DNA from: Felis catus
Lineage: Eukaryota
Length of the DNA stretch: 64,000 bases
Direction: 5' to 3'
NCBI RefSeq assembly: GCF_018350175.1
Contig: NC_058368.1
Coordinates: 158,164,001-158,228,000 of the forward strand
In this document: positions 24,683 to 37,519 of the stretch, one piece after another
How positions within the stretch are numbered: position 1 is the stretch's first letter
Layout: each line of letters opens with the position of its first letter
The notes under the pieces: model-generated
Seen by the model: the letters and a program-made list of their open reading frames with translations, nothing else
Databases searched by the model: none
Told to the model about the DNA's origin: nothing
Program-made: the position numbers and the translations under genes

Positions 24683-25212
24683 AAGCTGAATGCTTGGTCA
24701 ATTATGTCTTAAGTCAGCCCAACATAAGTTGTGCTAAGATTAATGTAGTTTTATTATGTTTCCTGTGTGCTGGGTGCAAGCCTAAATATTTTATATTTCT
24801 TTTCTCAGTTAATTTTTGTAGCAATCATATAAGGTAAGTTCCATTTCACAAATGAGAAACTGAGGCACAGGGAGGCTGGATAGTTTGCCCAAGTTGACTC
24901 AGCTGGTACATTCACACAGCTATTTGGGGAATTTTTTAACTCCACAGTGTCCTATATAACCACAAATTTATATTGCCTTTCTGGAATGTGGCTTTCCAGC
25001 ATTCCAGTGTTGCATTTAAATAATCCTGGTCCCTGAGTCAATGAATTCAGCTTCTTGAGACATTTGCAAATAACTTCTCCCGGTGAACTGTTGTAGGATT
25101 AGTAACCAGAGGAATTCAGGACCCTAAAGTAACCTTAAGCGGCTTTATGAACCTTTGAGAGTTAGGGCAAAGGTATCTCCCCAGAAGAATAACTTTAAAA
25201 ATAAGCCGAATA

Positions 25213-25520
25213 GGGGCACCTGGCTGGCTTAGTCAGTGGAGCATGTGACTCTTGATCTCAGGGTTCTGGGTTTGAGCCCCACGTTGCATGTAGAGATTAC
25301 TTTTAAAAAAATCTTTAAAGGTGCCTGAGGGGCTTAGTCAGTTAAGCTGCAGACTCTTGATTTAAGAGCTCAGGTCATGATCTCACAGTTCATGGATCAA
25401 GCCCTACATAGGGCTCTGTACTGGCAGTGCATGGAGCCTCCTTATGATTCTCTTTCTCTCCCTTTCTCTCTCCCTGTCCCTCGCTCACACTTACTCTCTC
25501 TAAATAAATAAATAAGCTTT
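25213..25520 (+). mobile_element. Tandem SINEs: short tRNA-type Can-SINE (25213-25310) followed by a full Can-SINE (25320-25520)
   Basis: ggggcacctggctggct...gtagagattactt short form; second element in the A-rich tail. Confidence 0.88.
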
Positions 25521-25525
25521 AAAAA

Positions 25526-27020
25526 TTTTTCTTTCTTATTTTTTTAACAGGATTTCAATGTGTTTATTCATTTTCCTTGGGTAATTTTCTTAAAGGAAAA
25601 ATTCTCTTGAGACTAAGTTGAAAAATGATTTGAAGGAAGAGGTAGGGCTCCTCATTTAGGTATTTTTATGCACTGTACAAAATGGACAACTGTAAGCAGT
25701 GGCCTTCCTGGGCCATTCACCTCAACTACTTCTCTTTTTTTAGAAAAACTTTTGACACCCTTCAGAAGACCCTGGAGATCTTCCTAAATGCCTTAGGTAT
25801 TTTGTGTCAGAGTGTATCAGGTTGGGGTTATGCAAGGCAGCTTAAGTTTCCTCCTTCCTTTATCTTTTGATCAATGAGCTCAAACCACTCTATTCTGGTA
25901 TACCCAATAAGAACACAATAAGGACACTTATACCTGCCGACAGGAACTATTTATGGCCATTATCAACAACGCTAAGGAGTCTGTTACCTTCCATGGGCCT
26001 CTTGTGCTCATGGGTCTCAATATTTCATACCAGCTCCATCTAATTCCAAGAGTTTCTTTCCAAATAAACCATACATAAGGTGAAGACAAGCCTTTTATGA
26101 CTACAGCATTTTTAAATCCCTTTTCCCCTTCATATCTTTCTCTCTACTATAGCACCTACTGAAATTATTACCAAAAATCAACAGCCGTCCACTAGACATA
26201 CTGGGCCAGGGAGGTGGCTCATGCCTTCTTGACAGCTTTTTCACCTTTTTATTTTCAATCCATGTCTTGGCTCTTGGTCCTGCTTCATGTCCAGCATCAA
26301 TAGATCAATGCTAACATTATACAGCTTCTATTTCTAGACCTGTTCATCCTATTCATCTGAGAAAAATGAAAATCACTCTAAGTCAATGAAGTCATATGAA
26401 AAGTGAAGGAGTTAGCATGAAGTTTCTGGACTCACACTTGTAACCAAAGTGGTTAAGCACTAGGATCCATCCCTAAAATTATAGAGGCCACAGTGACTTC
26501 TGTACTCTATGTAATAGAGATGTAAAATCTCAACCAAACATTCATCCATGTTTCTAAGGACATATGAAACCACATTTGAGGGAAAAAAAAAGTTAACTTT
26601 TCTTGGAGTTTCCTCTGCCATTCACCTTTTTGGGTTAGTGAATTGTCTTCACCTATAAGCAAGCACATACCAGGAGACCCAAGTGCCTGACACTTGGGTA
26701 TCTCCAGCTCAGAGATCCTTTTTGGTCAATAAAAGCAGGATAGTTGCCCTTGAAGCATTCTCTAGACAGATTAGTCTTGATATGATTGATATCCAGGCCC
26801 TATCAAAGATACATGAGGTTAGTCCAATGTCTAGACAACTTAAAGAACATAAGTTCTATTATCAAAGAAAATGATATCACCAGACAGAAATATGTTAGAA
26901 ATATTTTATCTCCCCTGAAATATACTAGAATTATTTTCTATTCACCAAGTTTCAGCTTAAGAATTGGTGATAGAATCATCTCTAAATCTGCTGTATAGTC
27001 ACTACATTGCTCCTCTGATA
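25526..27020 (-). pseudogene. Candidate old processed retrocopy, parent gene unidentified
   Basis: On the minus strand AATAAA is followed 17 nt later by an A-rich tail; ~1.5 kb of complex sequence I do not recognise as a repeat, with stop-interrupted frames; no TSD found. Confidence 0.35.
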
Positions 27021-28460
27021 CTTATAAAGATATACATTTATATAGAAAGCACTACAAGTAGGTAGATTTATATATATATGTAATTATTTTATATATAATT
27101 ATTATTATAGATATATAATCGTATTGATGTCCATATATACATATCCATAGTGAAAGAGGAGAAAAGATGAACCAAAAATTTAACAGTGGTCAATATAGGA
27201 TTATGGAAGATTCTTTAAATTTTGTTCTATTTTCCAAATATTCAAAAATAAAACTATATTGTTTTAATAACAAAAAATAATTTTTAAAAAGAATTAAGTA
27301 ACTTTGGAGAACAGCATTTTGACTAGAGACTATAAGACTAAAGACAGAAAGGGTACTTTACGTAAACTTTGTACTGTTGATAAAGTTGTTTCGGTGGTAA
27401 AGACAGTAGTAAAAATTAAGAATTCTGAAACTACTGTATGTATCAGCTGGGCTTGAGCAAATAAATAAATAGTAGCATTTGATTGGGTCCAGTTTTCTCA
27501 CTTTTGGAGTAGAAAATTACAAATGAGCAAAGGAGAAGTCTAGAATGAATCTGTGGTATGTATTAAAGTTGGAGACATCAGTATGAACTCATATTAAACT
27601 TAAAATACAGATGGATAGATACAGTAATGATTATAGACATGTGTGTAAACATGGGTTTATTTACATACATATATTTCCCAGCTCTATCCTTTGATCTCTG
27701 TCCCAGAAGCACTGATATTTCCATAGCGATGATCACACCCAGCACCCAGATCTTGGTTTCTAATGCCATTTTCCAATAATCAGAATTTCCAAGGAATCAG
27801 AATTCCTTGAAGAAATGGCTAACTCTACCATAGGGGCAAGGTATACACAAGCTGAGCCTGGAGCATTTTGTAGTGCCAGAAAGTAAGGGAATGTTCAAAA
27901 ACAAAAGCAAGTCAAAGGGAAACAGGAGCTGACCTGAAGGACTTCCCAATGGCCAAAGCTGGAAAAATTAGAGGAACAAAATAAATAATGCAGTATTAGA
28001 TTATAACAAAAAGTATAACATAAAAATCTACAATTCCATACTGATATAAATATCTGATTGAATAAGTAAATAAGAGGGAAAAGGCAAACAGCCCATACAA
28101 AAGAACTCTAACTAATTTATATATAATCCCTCCTCAAGGAGGTGGAGCTGAACTCTTTACCCCTTTGAGTGTGGGCTTATCTAGTGTCTTGCTTCCAAAG
28201 AACATGGAAAAGTATAAAAAAGTAACTTTACAGTGGAGGAAACTAATACTACAATCGCTGAATGAACAAGATTAACATTATCCGTGATAAATCTTGTTGA
28301 TAATATATACCCTTGATATGATGTTATAAGAATGATCCTTTACCTTTATGGCCCTTCCTCCCAAATCCATAACCTCCAACTGGAAAAACATCATCAGACA
28401 AACCCAAAATGAATGACATTCTACAAAATCTGAGCAATATTCTTTAAAAGCATTAAGGTC

Positions 28461-29192
28461 GGAATGGCTAACATTAACAACGCAGGCAACAACAGATGTT
28501 GGCGAGGATGCGGAGAAAGAGGATCTCTTTTGCATTGTTGGTGGCACTGCAAGCTGGTGCAGCCACTCTAGAAAACAGTATGGAGGTTCCTCAAAAAACT
28601 AAAAATAGAACTACCCTACACCCAGCAATTGCACTACTAGGCATTTATCCAAGGGATACAGGTGTGCTGTTTCGAAGGGGCCCATGAACCCCCGTGTTTA
28701 TAGCAACACTATCAACAATAGCCAAAGTATGGAAAGAACCCAAATGTCCATCGATGGACGAATGGATAAAGAAGATGTGGTTTATATATAGACAATGGAG
28801 TATTACTCGGCAATCAAAAAGAATGAAATCTTGCCATCTGCAACTATGTGGATGAAACTGGAGGGTATTATACTAAGTGAAATTAGTCATTCAGAGAAAG
28901 ACAAAAATCATATGACTTCACTCATATGAGGACTTTAAGACACAAAACAGATGAACATAAGGGAAGGGAAACAAAAATTATAAAAAAACAGGGAGGGGGA
29001 CAAAACAGAGGAGACTCATAAATATGGAGAACAAACTGAGGGTTGCTGGAAGGGTTGTGGGAGGGGGGATGGGCTAAATGGGTAAGGGGCACTAAGGAAT
29101 CTACTCCTGAAATCATTGTTTCCCTATATGCTAACTAATTTGGATGTAAATTTAAAAAAAATAAAAAATAAAACAAGTTAATAAAAAAAAAA
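28461..29192 (+). mobile_element. Carnivore/felid L1 3' end (ORF2 C-terminus, 3' UTR, A tail), 5'-truncated
   Basis: Translates to [51 protein letters not shown] (ORF2 CCHC knuckle with a stop); carnivore L1 3' UTR. Confidence 0.95.
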
Positions 29193-29274
29193 TACCAGTG
29201 TGGAGCCTACTTGGGATTTTCTCTCTCCCCCTCCCCAATTCATGCTGTCTATGTCTCTCTCAAAATAAATAAAA

Positions 29275-29314
<40 letters not shown>
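29193..29314 (+). mobile_element. 5'-truncated Can-SINE with (AAAT)n tail
   Basis: cagtgtggagcctacttgggattttctctctcc...catgctgtctatgtctctctcaaaataaat. Confidence 0.85.
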
Positions 29315-29317
<3 letters not shown>

Positions 29318-29784
29318 AAGCATCAAGGTCATCAGAAATGAGAAAAGTTTGAGAAGCTGTCACAGCACAGAGGAGCCTAATGAGACATGATGACCATATG
29401 CAATAAGGTGTCCTGGATGGGATCCTGCAACAGAAAAGAGACATCAAAGGAAAACTAAGTTCAATAAAATATGGAGTGTAGTCAATAGTAACACACCAGC
29501 ATTGGTTCATTAGGTTTGACAGATGTACCAAGGCAATATACAATGTTAACAACAGGAGAAACTAGAGCAGACTAATGAGAACTCTATAGTATCTTTGCAA
29601 CTTTCATGTAAATTTAAAACTATTCTAAAATTTAAAATTCATTTAAGAAAAGAATTAGAAGTAGATTTTTTTTTTATAAATATATACTTGAATCAGAATT
29701 CCTATAGAGAAGTAAGGAACAGAACCAAGTAAACACCAAAGTGAATGTCACTCCCATTTTCTGGAGGCCATTATATTTTGGCAA

Positions 29785-30010
29785 TACAGCATAATGGGTA
29801 AGCATTCAAGCTTTAGATCCACACAGCTGGGTTCAAATCCCAACTCTGCCACTTACTGACTCTGTAACTTGAGCAAGTTGTTCAATTACCCTGAAACTCA
29901 GTTCCCTTATCTGTTACCTGTGGATAATAAAACTATGTACTTCCTAGGGTTATTCTGGAGGCTGAATATAGTGACGTATTAAAGCATGTAGCATGGTGCT
30001 TCCTGTATGA
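29785..30010 (+). mobile_element. MIR
   Basis: ctgggttcaaatcccaactctgccacttactgactctgtaacttgagcaagtt. Confidence 0.85.
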
Positions 30011-30078
30011 TAATTGTGTTGGTTGCAATTATTATGTTGCATTTTTGTTGTTATTAATTTAATAACTTTAAATCCCAA

Positions 30079-30192
30079 GGGCTCTTGGCTGGTTCAGTTA
30101 GTGGAGTATGTGACTCTTGATCTTGAGGTTGTGAGTTTGAGCCCCATGGTGGTTGTTGAGATTACTTTTAAAAAATTTAAAAAAAAAAAAAA
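30079..30192 (+). mobile_element. Short tRNA-type Can-SINE
   Basis: gggctcttggctggttcag...gagattactt + A tail. Confidence 0.85.
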
Positions 30193-30797
30193 TTAACCCC
30201 AGAGTATCCTCTGGAAGGAACAAATCATTTTTGGCTGAATCTCAGTCCTATCCATTTGATGAATGTTTTAGGTCTATTCCCATTTAGCCAGCATTCTAGA
30301 CATTCACCAGACCATAGTGTCATTCATAGCTGAGCAGTCCTCTAGGAAAGGCCTGATCCAGACCCACAACTTTGACTTAGTGGGAAGCCAGAATTCACCC
30401 TAATGTTTTCATTCCCAAGAATGGGTTCTTTCATTATTTCCTTAGGATATGAATCTAATTGAACTACTTGTTTCATTTGTGTTTGTTCTGAAAGAAAGGC
30501 AGGTTATTTGAAATAATTCCAGCTTTTGCTAGGCAACAAAGAAAATGAGTTTGGGATGATGTATTCATGATAATAAATATACCAGACCCATAGTCCTATA
30601 GCTGTTGTCATCCTAGGATAGTGACTTTTTTTTTTTTTTTTATGGCCCCTGAGACCTGGATGCCACACAGGAAACTGAGTCATACAATTTCATATTCTGC
30701 CTGGCAAGTGTATCTCTGAAACTCAAGTTATACCTTAAAATCTGCTTTTCTCTTCCATTCTTCTCCCACTCATAAATACCACTTTACTGAGTTAATT

Positions 30798-30880
30798 ATC
30801 TACATAGAAATTTACCTACATATCTACATAGAAATATCTACATGCCTACATAGAAATATCTACATATCTACATAGAAATT
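30798..30880. repeat. Degenerate minisatellite of ctacatagaaat/ctacatat units
   Basis: Four copies of ctacatagaaat interspersed with shorter ctacat units. Confidence 0.9.
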
Positions 30881-31704
30881 TTACCAGCCCAGTTCTCTGC
30901 ACAGCAAACAGCTCACTTCAAATGCTTAGCAAAGCTAGACCAATCCTTTAATGTGTTGTTTCTTTCTGATTTACCAAGTGGTTCATAGGAATCAAATTTT
31001 ATTTATAAGAGTTATTACATTCTTATGATATAGAAGATTTTCAAATGATCTTATTCTATCTGTATATCCCAATCTACCCCTCCTACTCAAAAAGTAGTCA
31101 TCTGAATTTTCCTTGGGCCTTGCCCTCATTTCTTCTCTCAGCATGTCTTTTACCCATTAATAACTCTCCGATAGCATATCTGAAGGTATTTAGATTGGGC
31201 TGATACACTGAGCAGGCCATATTTCTTCACTGTAGTGGGAAAAAAAGCCACAATTGGTCATCAGCATGACTCACCCAGACTTTTACCACCACACCCAAAC
31301 CACACGATAGGACAAATACTTGGGTAAGATTTAACCAAGCAAGTAAAACCATCGTGCCGAGCAAGATTTTGTGTGACAACATATACCTAAAACCATCTCT
31401 CTTTGGTCATCTTTTGTGATCTACTTGGTGCAAATCACTTCACATTACATAGTTAATGGTGTTGGATTTAGTTTTATTTTTTTTTCTCTATGTTTCTGTT
31501 GTTTCAGACTCCGATTGTCATATAAGGACAATGTGCTCTTTCTAAGAAGCTCTTCAATGGCCTGTGAGCTCATCATATGTCCATATTTCCTTTCCTTTGG
31601 TTGAGGAACATTATGTCTTTGGTTTTAATACTCAAAGTCATTTTGGGCACTTGCATAATCTTGATTATTAAACACCCCAAACATAAGAGATCCACTAATT
31701 TCAA

Positions 31705-31921
31705 GGGGCACCTGGGTGACTCAATTGGTTAAGCAGTAGACTCTTGATTTGGGCTCAGGTCATGATCTCAAGATTTCTGCTGACAATGTAGAGGCTGCTT
31801 GGGATTCTCTCTATCCCTCTCTATCTCTGCCCCTCCCCTAAGAGTACATGTGTATGCTCTCTCTCTCTGTAAGTAAATAAATAGATCAATAAATATTAAA
31901 TTAAAAAAGAGAGAGAGACAG
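31705..31921 (+). mobile_element. Can-SINE with internal deletion
   Basis: Perfect 17-bp TSD agagatccactaatttc 31686-31702 / 31922-31938; B-box segment absent. Confidence 0.9.
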
Positions 31922-33102
31922 AGAGATCCACTAATTTCTGGAGAGGAGAGAGCTGAGAGTACATACCAAGGACATTTGGAGAATCCTATCATCCTGTTCC
32001 AGTTCTTCCTCCTCTGGAATAGCATCCCAGGGGCTAATAGGGCCCCATTACTCAGTCCCTTCCTCCCTCTCACAGTTGACTGGATCAAGGGTAGACCTGA
32101 CCTGAACTTACCCAAACAGGTTTGCTTTCCTCATTGGGAGGTGGGACCAGAGAAAGAAATTAAGAAGGAGGCAGCAAAAAAAAATTCTAAGTAGTATAAC
32201 TGGGACATGGAGTTTATAGACCTAGGATTCACTGTGGCAACTGACATTCCAGCAGTCCAACCTGCAGAGGAAAATCTGGCAGATCCACAAGGAAAGCAGG
32301 GAGGTGAGATGGAGATAGAGGAGGGCCAGCTTGCCTGTAGCCCTCTAGCTATGAGTTGCCAGCTCAAGTGAGGTCCAGCTGCATTCCAGCTGTAGTCCTG
32401 GAAGGTCTCTTATATCTTGGGAACTGACCTGCCCATCTTTTTGTTTTAGCTAGTGCCCTGGGTTTTTTCTGTTGCTGAACAACGGAAGAGTCTTGAGAAT
32501 GTCATAGATTAACTAGAAAACCCCTCCTCTCACCACTGCACATCACTTTCAACAATTCTCTTTTTTAGGAAAGGTATTCCCATTTGGCTGATTCAAACCC
32601 ATTCCTCCCTGTTTGATGCTCAGAGAGGAGGAAGCAAAGTTGTCCTAAAACTTCCCTTTGCCAGCCTGCCTTCTTCTAGCCTCACCCACCCTTCTACAGA
32701 GGACGCCAGCTATCTCCCAGGGCAGGTCTCCCCACTGGGCCATGCATGAGCCATGTTCCATTCCCTTCCCTGAAGTTTTTCACATTGGTGTTCTCTCTGG
32801 GAAGTGTCATCCTCTGTCTGTCTAAATCCTGCACACTCTTCAGGCCCAGAATAACCCCACATACTGTGAGACCTAGCCAATCACTTCCCCACATTTTTCT
32901 CTTCCTTTTCGTATCTCTTTGAAAGATTTCCACTACATACATACTGACACAGAAAAATGCTCAAGATCCTACGTTATATGGAAAATGTGTTTACAAAATC
33001 ACATGTACATTACAGAGCTATTGATAAAGCTATATATCACTAAATTAACTGTGTTGAGATTTGGGGGTAATTTTATCTCAGTTTTATTTTCTTTGTTTAT
33101 GC

Positions 33103-33321
33103 TTTTTTTTAATTTTTAAAGTTTATTTATTTATTTTGAGAGAGACAGAGGCAGCATGAGTGGGGGAGGGGCAGAGAGAGAGGGAGAGAGAAAATCCCAA
33201 GCAGGCTCCTTGCTGCCAGGGCAGAGGCTGACAAGGAACTCGAAGCCATGAACCATGAGATCATGACCTGAGCCAAAAGCAAGAGTCAAACACTTAACTG
33301 ATTGAGCCACCCAAGTACCCC
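33103..33321 (-). mobile_element. Can-SINE
   Basis: Reverse-complement canonical SINE. Confidence 0.94.
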
Positions 33322-34344
33322 CTGGTTTATATTTTCTTAATTATTTTTACAATAAAAAAATGTATAATAAAATTAATTAGAGGAAAAGTCTAAGTTCCTG
33401 GATCTGACTTTTAAGGACTTGTGTAAATTTGAGTCTTCCCAAAAGTTAGAACAAACCTGTGGACTCTTGAATTGTTCTCTTCTCATTTACTGAGATTAGC
33501 CTCTTTTTTGGTTAGCCTCAAACATATTGCAATATACTTGAAGATTCATATCATACTTTCTTGTTTTTTCTTACTCTTCATTTTTCTTGTCCCTTAATTG
33601 TGATATAACAATAAGTTGTTAACTGATTAACTTATTCTTATTAACATCTGAGTAAAGTCATATAAGAGCTTATATTATGTATAAGTATGTGTACTCCTGA
33701 AAGATACAGCATTCAGCTTTTCATTATTGGAGTCCCTGTGACCACCATTTCTGCCCCCAGCTTTTTTTCCTCTGGAACACTTCAAGTATTACATCTTATA
33801 TTTTCCATTGCATCATTTTAATATAAGCAAGATGATCACATGTGCAATAATGCTTTCCAACTGTGAATCTTAAAATATAAACAAATGGCATATAATTCAT
33901 TCCTTCAGTGGTTTTGGCTGAATGCTATCAGCATGCTTTATGACACAGGGCACTTAAGTAAAGGCTTCACCATGGAGTCATCTAAACATACATTTTTTCC
34001 CTTGTATATGACCATGGGCTAATTGTATCTGTAGACAGATTTATAATTAGGTACTATGCATTACTCAGTTCAGTTTTCTTCCTTATGTCTCTCTCCCAGG
34101 ATTTTAATTGAGCACTATATAATGTTCCAGCTAAAATGATATTAAGTCAATTATCTTTGCTTAAAAATATCTCTGTCACCCATTTGCTTTGATTATCAAA
34201 GCAAAAGGAAACAATACAACCAGAGTTGGAAGGCACTTCAGGGTGGTCTAGATCTTGCATGACTTGAATCATGTGTCTTCTTAGGACTGGCCCTAATAGT
34301 GGTCATCTGACTTCTCTTCAGGTAACTATGGCAGGTAGGATTCT

Positions 34345-34515
34345 GTACTGCTAAAGGGCACGCACGGGCTTTAGACTCAATTAAACATAGGTATGAATCA
34401 CAGCTCTGGTACTTAGCTGTGAGTTCTCAGGCAATTTACTGAATCTGTCTGAGACTTGGTGTCTTTATCTGTAAAACAAGCCTACTAATCCATACCTTGC
34501 AGGGCTATTATTTTA
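34345..34515 (+). mobile_element. MIR
   Basis: gaatcacagctctggtacttagctgtgag...ttatctgtaaaa...ccataccttgcagggct. Confidence 0.65.
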
Positions 34516-35868
34516 AAAATTATGTTTCAATGACTTTTGATCTATGCACAGATTGAACACGTCTTTATTTCTTCTCTCTCCTGAAGCCCCACTAAAAGGA
34601 GAGTAAATGAATTTAAAACAAATAGGCAAATTATAAACTCACGAGGCTGAAGAGAATGGAACAGGAGACAATGGAACAGATATGAGACCAACACATTTGT
34701 AGAAAAAGGCAAGTGGAAGTGCAATGGTGGAAAGTGACTTTTACAGATTGGAGAGTGACATCCTGCAAGCCTGCAGAGAATCTACTGACAAGCAAGTGAG
34801 GTGGAATGTCACTTTGTAGGTTGAGGGTTTAAAGGTAGGACATGGCTGAACAGAGGGAGATGGGTGAAAACCATAGATGGCAGTTAGTGACTCAGGCTCT
34901 TTCTTCCACCTCACACAGCAAGGTAACTATACCTTTCCGAGCTCAAATGAGTTGGGAAATTCACAAAGAGGACACTGAAGAGGGGATAAGAAAATTAGAG
35001 GATCAATTCAGGACATGCCACACAGTGGAGATAGGATCAAATAATATGGCTCTCAGGACTCTTTGGACAGACATGTGCACTGCCTCAGACGTACTTTATC
35101 AAGACAGAAACCGAGATTGCAAAGGTGGCTTGATCTAGGCCACAAAGCAGATCACTGAGGGAGAAGGACTTAGAAATCTGGTTCCTGGACTTCAAATTTG
35201 TGAGACATGGTAAATAATGGATTCTGGGAGAAGCTACACCTCCAGTCCCAAGCATCAGTGGCCTTTCATGGAAAAAGAACTTTAATCATGCCTACTGAAA
35301 CAAAGTGTTGCAACATCAGACTGCCACTCAGGCCAGGAATATATAGTGAAAGAAACACAGTAATGCACCGTCCTGGGCAGAAACAAAGGGCTACAGCAGG
35401 AATCTGAGGCTTTCTGACATGAAGCAAACAAAACTTTTTTAAAAACAAATCAAGCAGCAAAAAGCTGAGCCTTTTATCAACTTTAAGTCCTTTTAGCAAT
35501 TGTATGATATTAAACTGTATGAAACTGCCACCTCTGTAGGTTGAAAATTCTGAATATAGGCAATTTTAGACAGTTCAGCCCACTAATAGGAGTTTCTTCC
35601 CGTATGATTGCCTCTATTTCTATAGCATAGCTATACTTGTATGGAGGTACCAACAACTCCTGCAACAAAAGTATGAATAGTGTACCTGCCGTGTGCTGAC
35701 ACTCTTCTAGACTCTGGGGATAAATCAGTGAGCAAGACAGATGAACTCACTGCTGGATTAGTCAGATGTGGCTTAACAGGCCATCTTTATTGAGTATGAT
35801 TCCCAGAGCTGGGACTATAGAGTCAGTACAACCTGTGATGAATTCCTGGCTCTGTGTTCTTAATGAAT

Positions 35869-35870
<2 letters not shown>

Positions 35871-35907
<37 letters not shown>
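35871..35907. repeat. (GT)n microsatellite
   Basis: Direct reading. Confidence 0.98.
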
Positions 35908-35910
<3 letters not shown>

Positions 35911-36508
35911 CCTTTCCCAGATTCACAGGCAGAGTAAGTACTCTATACACTTTAACCATTATGTTTATTAGCACTTACTGAAAGATCCCTCCTTCAAAGA
36001 CTTTACCATTTAAAGAAAAATAATATACAAATATTCTAATTTAAGTGCTAATGCTTCAATGCCCAGTGAGAAATAGGTTTGTTAGGTCAGGAGGCTAAAC
36101 TTGACAACGTAGAGCATTCACGAGTGTTGCCAAGTGACTGTATTCTGAAAGAGTTAGACTGGAAGGACCGATGCGGAAGTGAGTCTTCAGACAAGTTCTG
36201 AAAGTGAGTTTTGAAAGAGGGGAAGAAGAAACAACTTGCATAAGAAGGTTCAAACCCCCCTGGGAAATGTAACTAAAAGGTAGATTAGTCTTCCCAGAGA
36301 AAAGTGATATTTTTAGCCTTTCTTCCTAGGAATGTTGTGGAAACACAACCTGAATTGAAAATGTAGTTTACTCTTTTCAGACTAAATGCTACAATCAGAA
36401 TTCACATTCACCGGGGGTGTTTCCTAGTATAGGAAAAAACTGGAGAAGGCCTCAGCCCATTTTCAACTGGGGCTTTTTTACTTGTGTCCTAATAGTCCCC
36501 ATTCTGAG

Positions 36509-36775
36509 TGTATTGGTTTGCCAGGACAGCCATAAACTGAGTTAAAGCTGGCTTAGAATAACAGAAACTTATTGTGTCACATTTCTGGAGCCTAGCCGTC
36601 TAAATGCAGTGTGTCAGCAGGGCCAGGCCCCTTCTGAAGGTGCTGGGGGAGGATCTGTTTGAGGCAACCTCACCTTAACTTGATTATTTCTGGAAAGTCT
36701 TATGTTCATATAAAGCTGTATTCTGAACTATGGGGTTAATATCTTTTTTGGAGGGACACAATTCACCCCATTACA
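36509..36775 (-). mobile_element. MaLR solo LTR (MLT1B/C-like), internally deleted
   Basis: TG...CA termini with perfect 5-bp TSD ctgag (36504-36508 / 36776-36780); aacagaaacttattgtgtcacatttctggag and gggacacaattcacccca motifs. Confidence 0.85.
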
Positions 36776-37519
36776 CTGAGAAAAAGGAAACTGGCCTAAT
36801 CATAAAAAGTGATTTTGGCCAGTATAGCACAAAGTGATACCTCTTAGGAAATAATCCAAAATTCATATAAGTGAAAATCCTACTAAAGCAAAACAGTTTT
36901 ACAAAGCCAAGAAGCCTCTTTGCAAGGAGGCTGTTTTTCACCACAGAAGTGTTATATGGATTTGAATAACAACCAATGCCTTTGGAGCTAAACTGGATCT
37001 AATTAGCAAACACAGTATAATGAAACCAGAAGGGTACTGTTGAGCCTGAAGTATGGAGAGCTGAGCTGTTAAGAGAGTTGTTGATTTTCCTTCTGCATTT
37101 GTCATTAAGACAGCAAACCACCCAAGTGTCCCCTCCACCTAACCCATCACAAACATAACTGTTGCCCCTAGTGGAAAAGCCAAGCAACTTACAGAAACAA
37201 AAATAATCCAGGGCTCAGAATTGTTCCAGAAAATGGTAGCAGAGGGGTTAGTATATTTATTACAACTTTTCCTTTGCTAGTTCACAACAGAGAATTTGGG
37301 CATCAGTTAAGCTTTCCCATCCCCTCCCATAGTTCTGGAAAGTGATTTCCAGAAGCATAATTTATTTCAAGAAATCAAAGTTAAAAATTTTGGAAATTCT
37401 AAGTGATAAAGTTTAATCTATGTTATACATACACTTAATATGTAATATTTATTTATTGGTTACCTAGAACTTCAAATGACAAAGAAAAATACTGTATATG
37501 TTTAAAAAAAATATGTTGA

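Larger units (their letters stand above)
27300..29650 (+). mobile_element. L1MC-like 3' region interrupted by a younger L1/SINE insertion
   Basis: catcagacaaacccaaaatgaatgacattctacaaaa...[insert]...aaggtcat...gtcctggatgggatcctgcaacagaaaa...atctttgcaactttcatgtaaatttaaaactattctaaaa. Confidence 0.8.

Noticed and set aside
26673..26705. Hairpin acccaagtg-cctga-cacttgggt
   Set aside because: Short stem with no miRNA or snoRNA context; compatible with chance.
28496..28687. ORF overlapping the L1
   Set aside because: Off-frame reading of a dead L1 ORF2 fragment that has an in-frame stop.
31470..31570. Strong-looking splice acceptor (gtttcag| at ~31507)
   Set aside because: No convincing donor nearby and no recognisable coding content.
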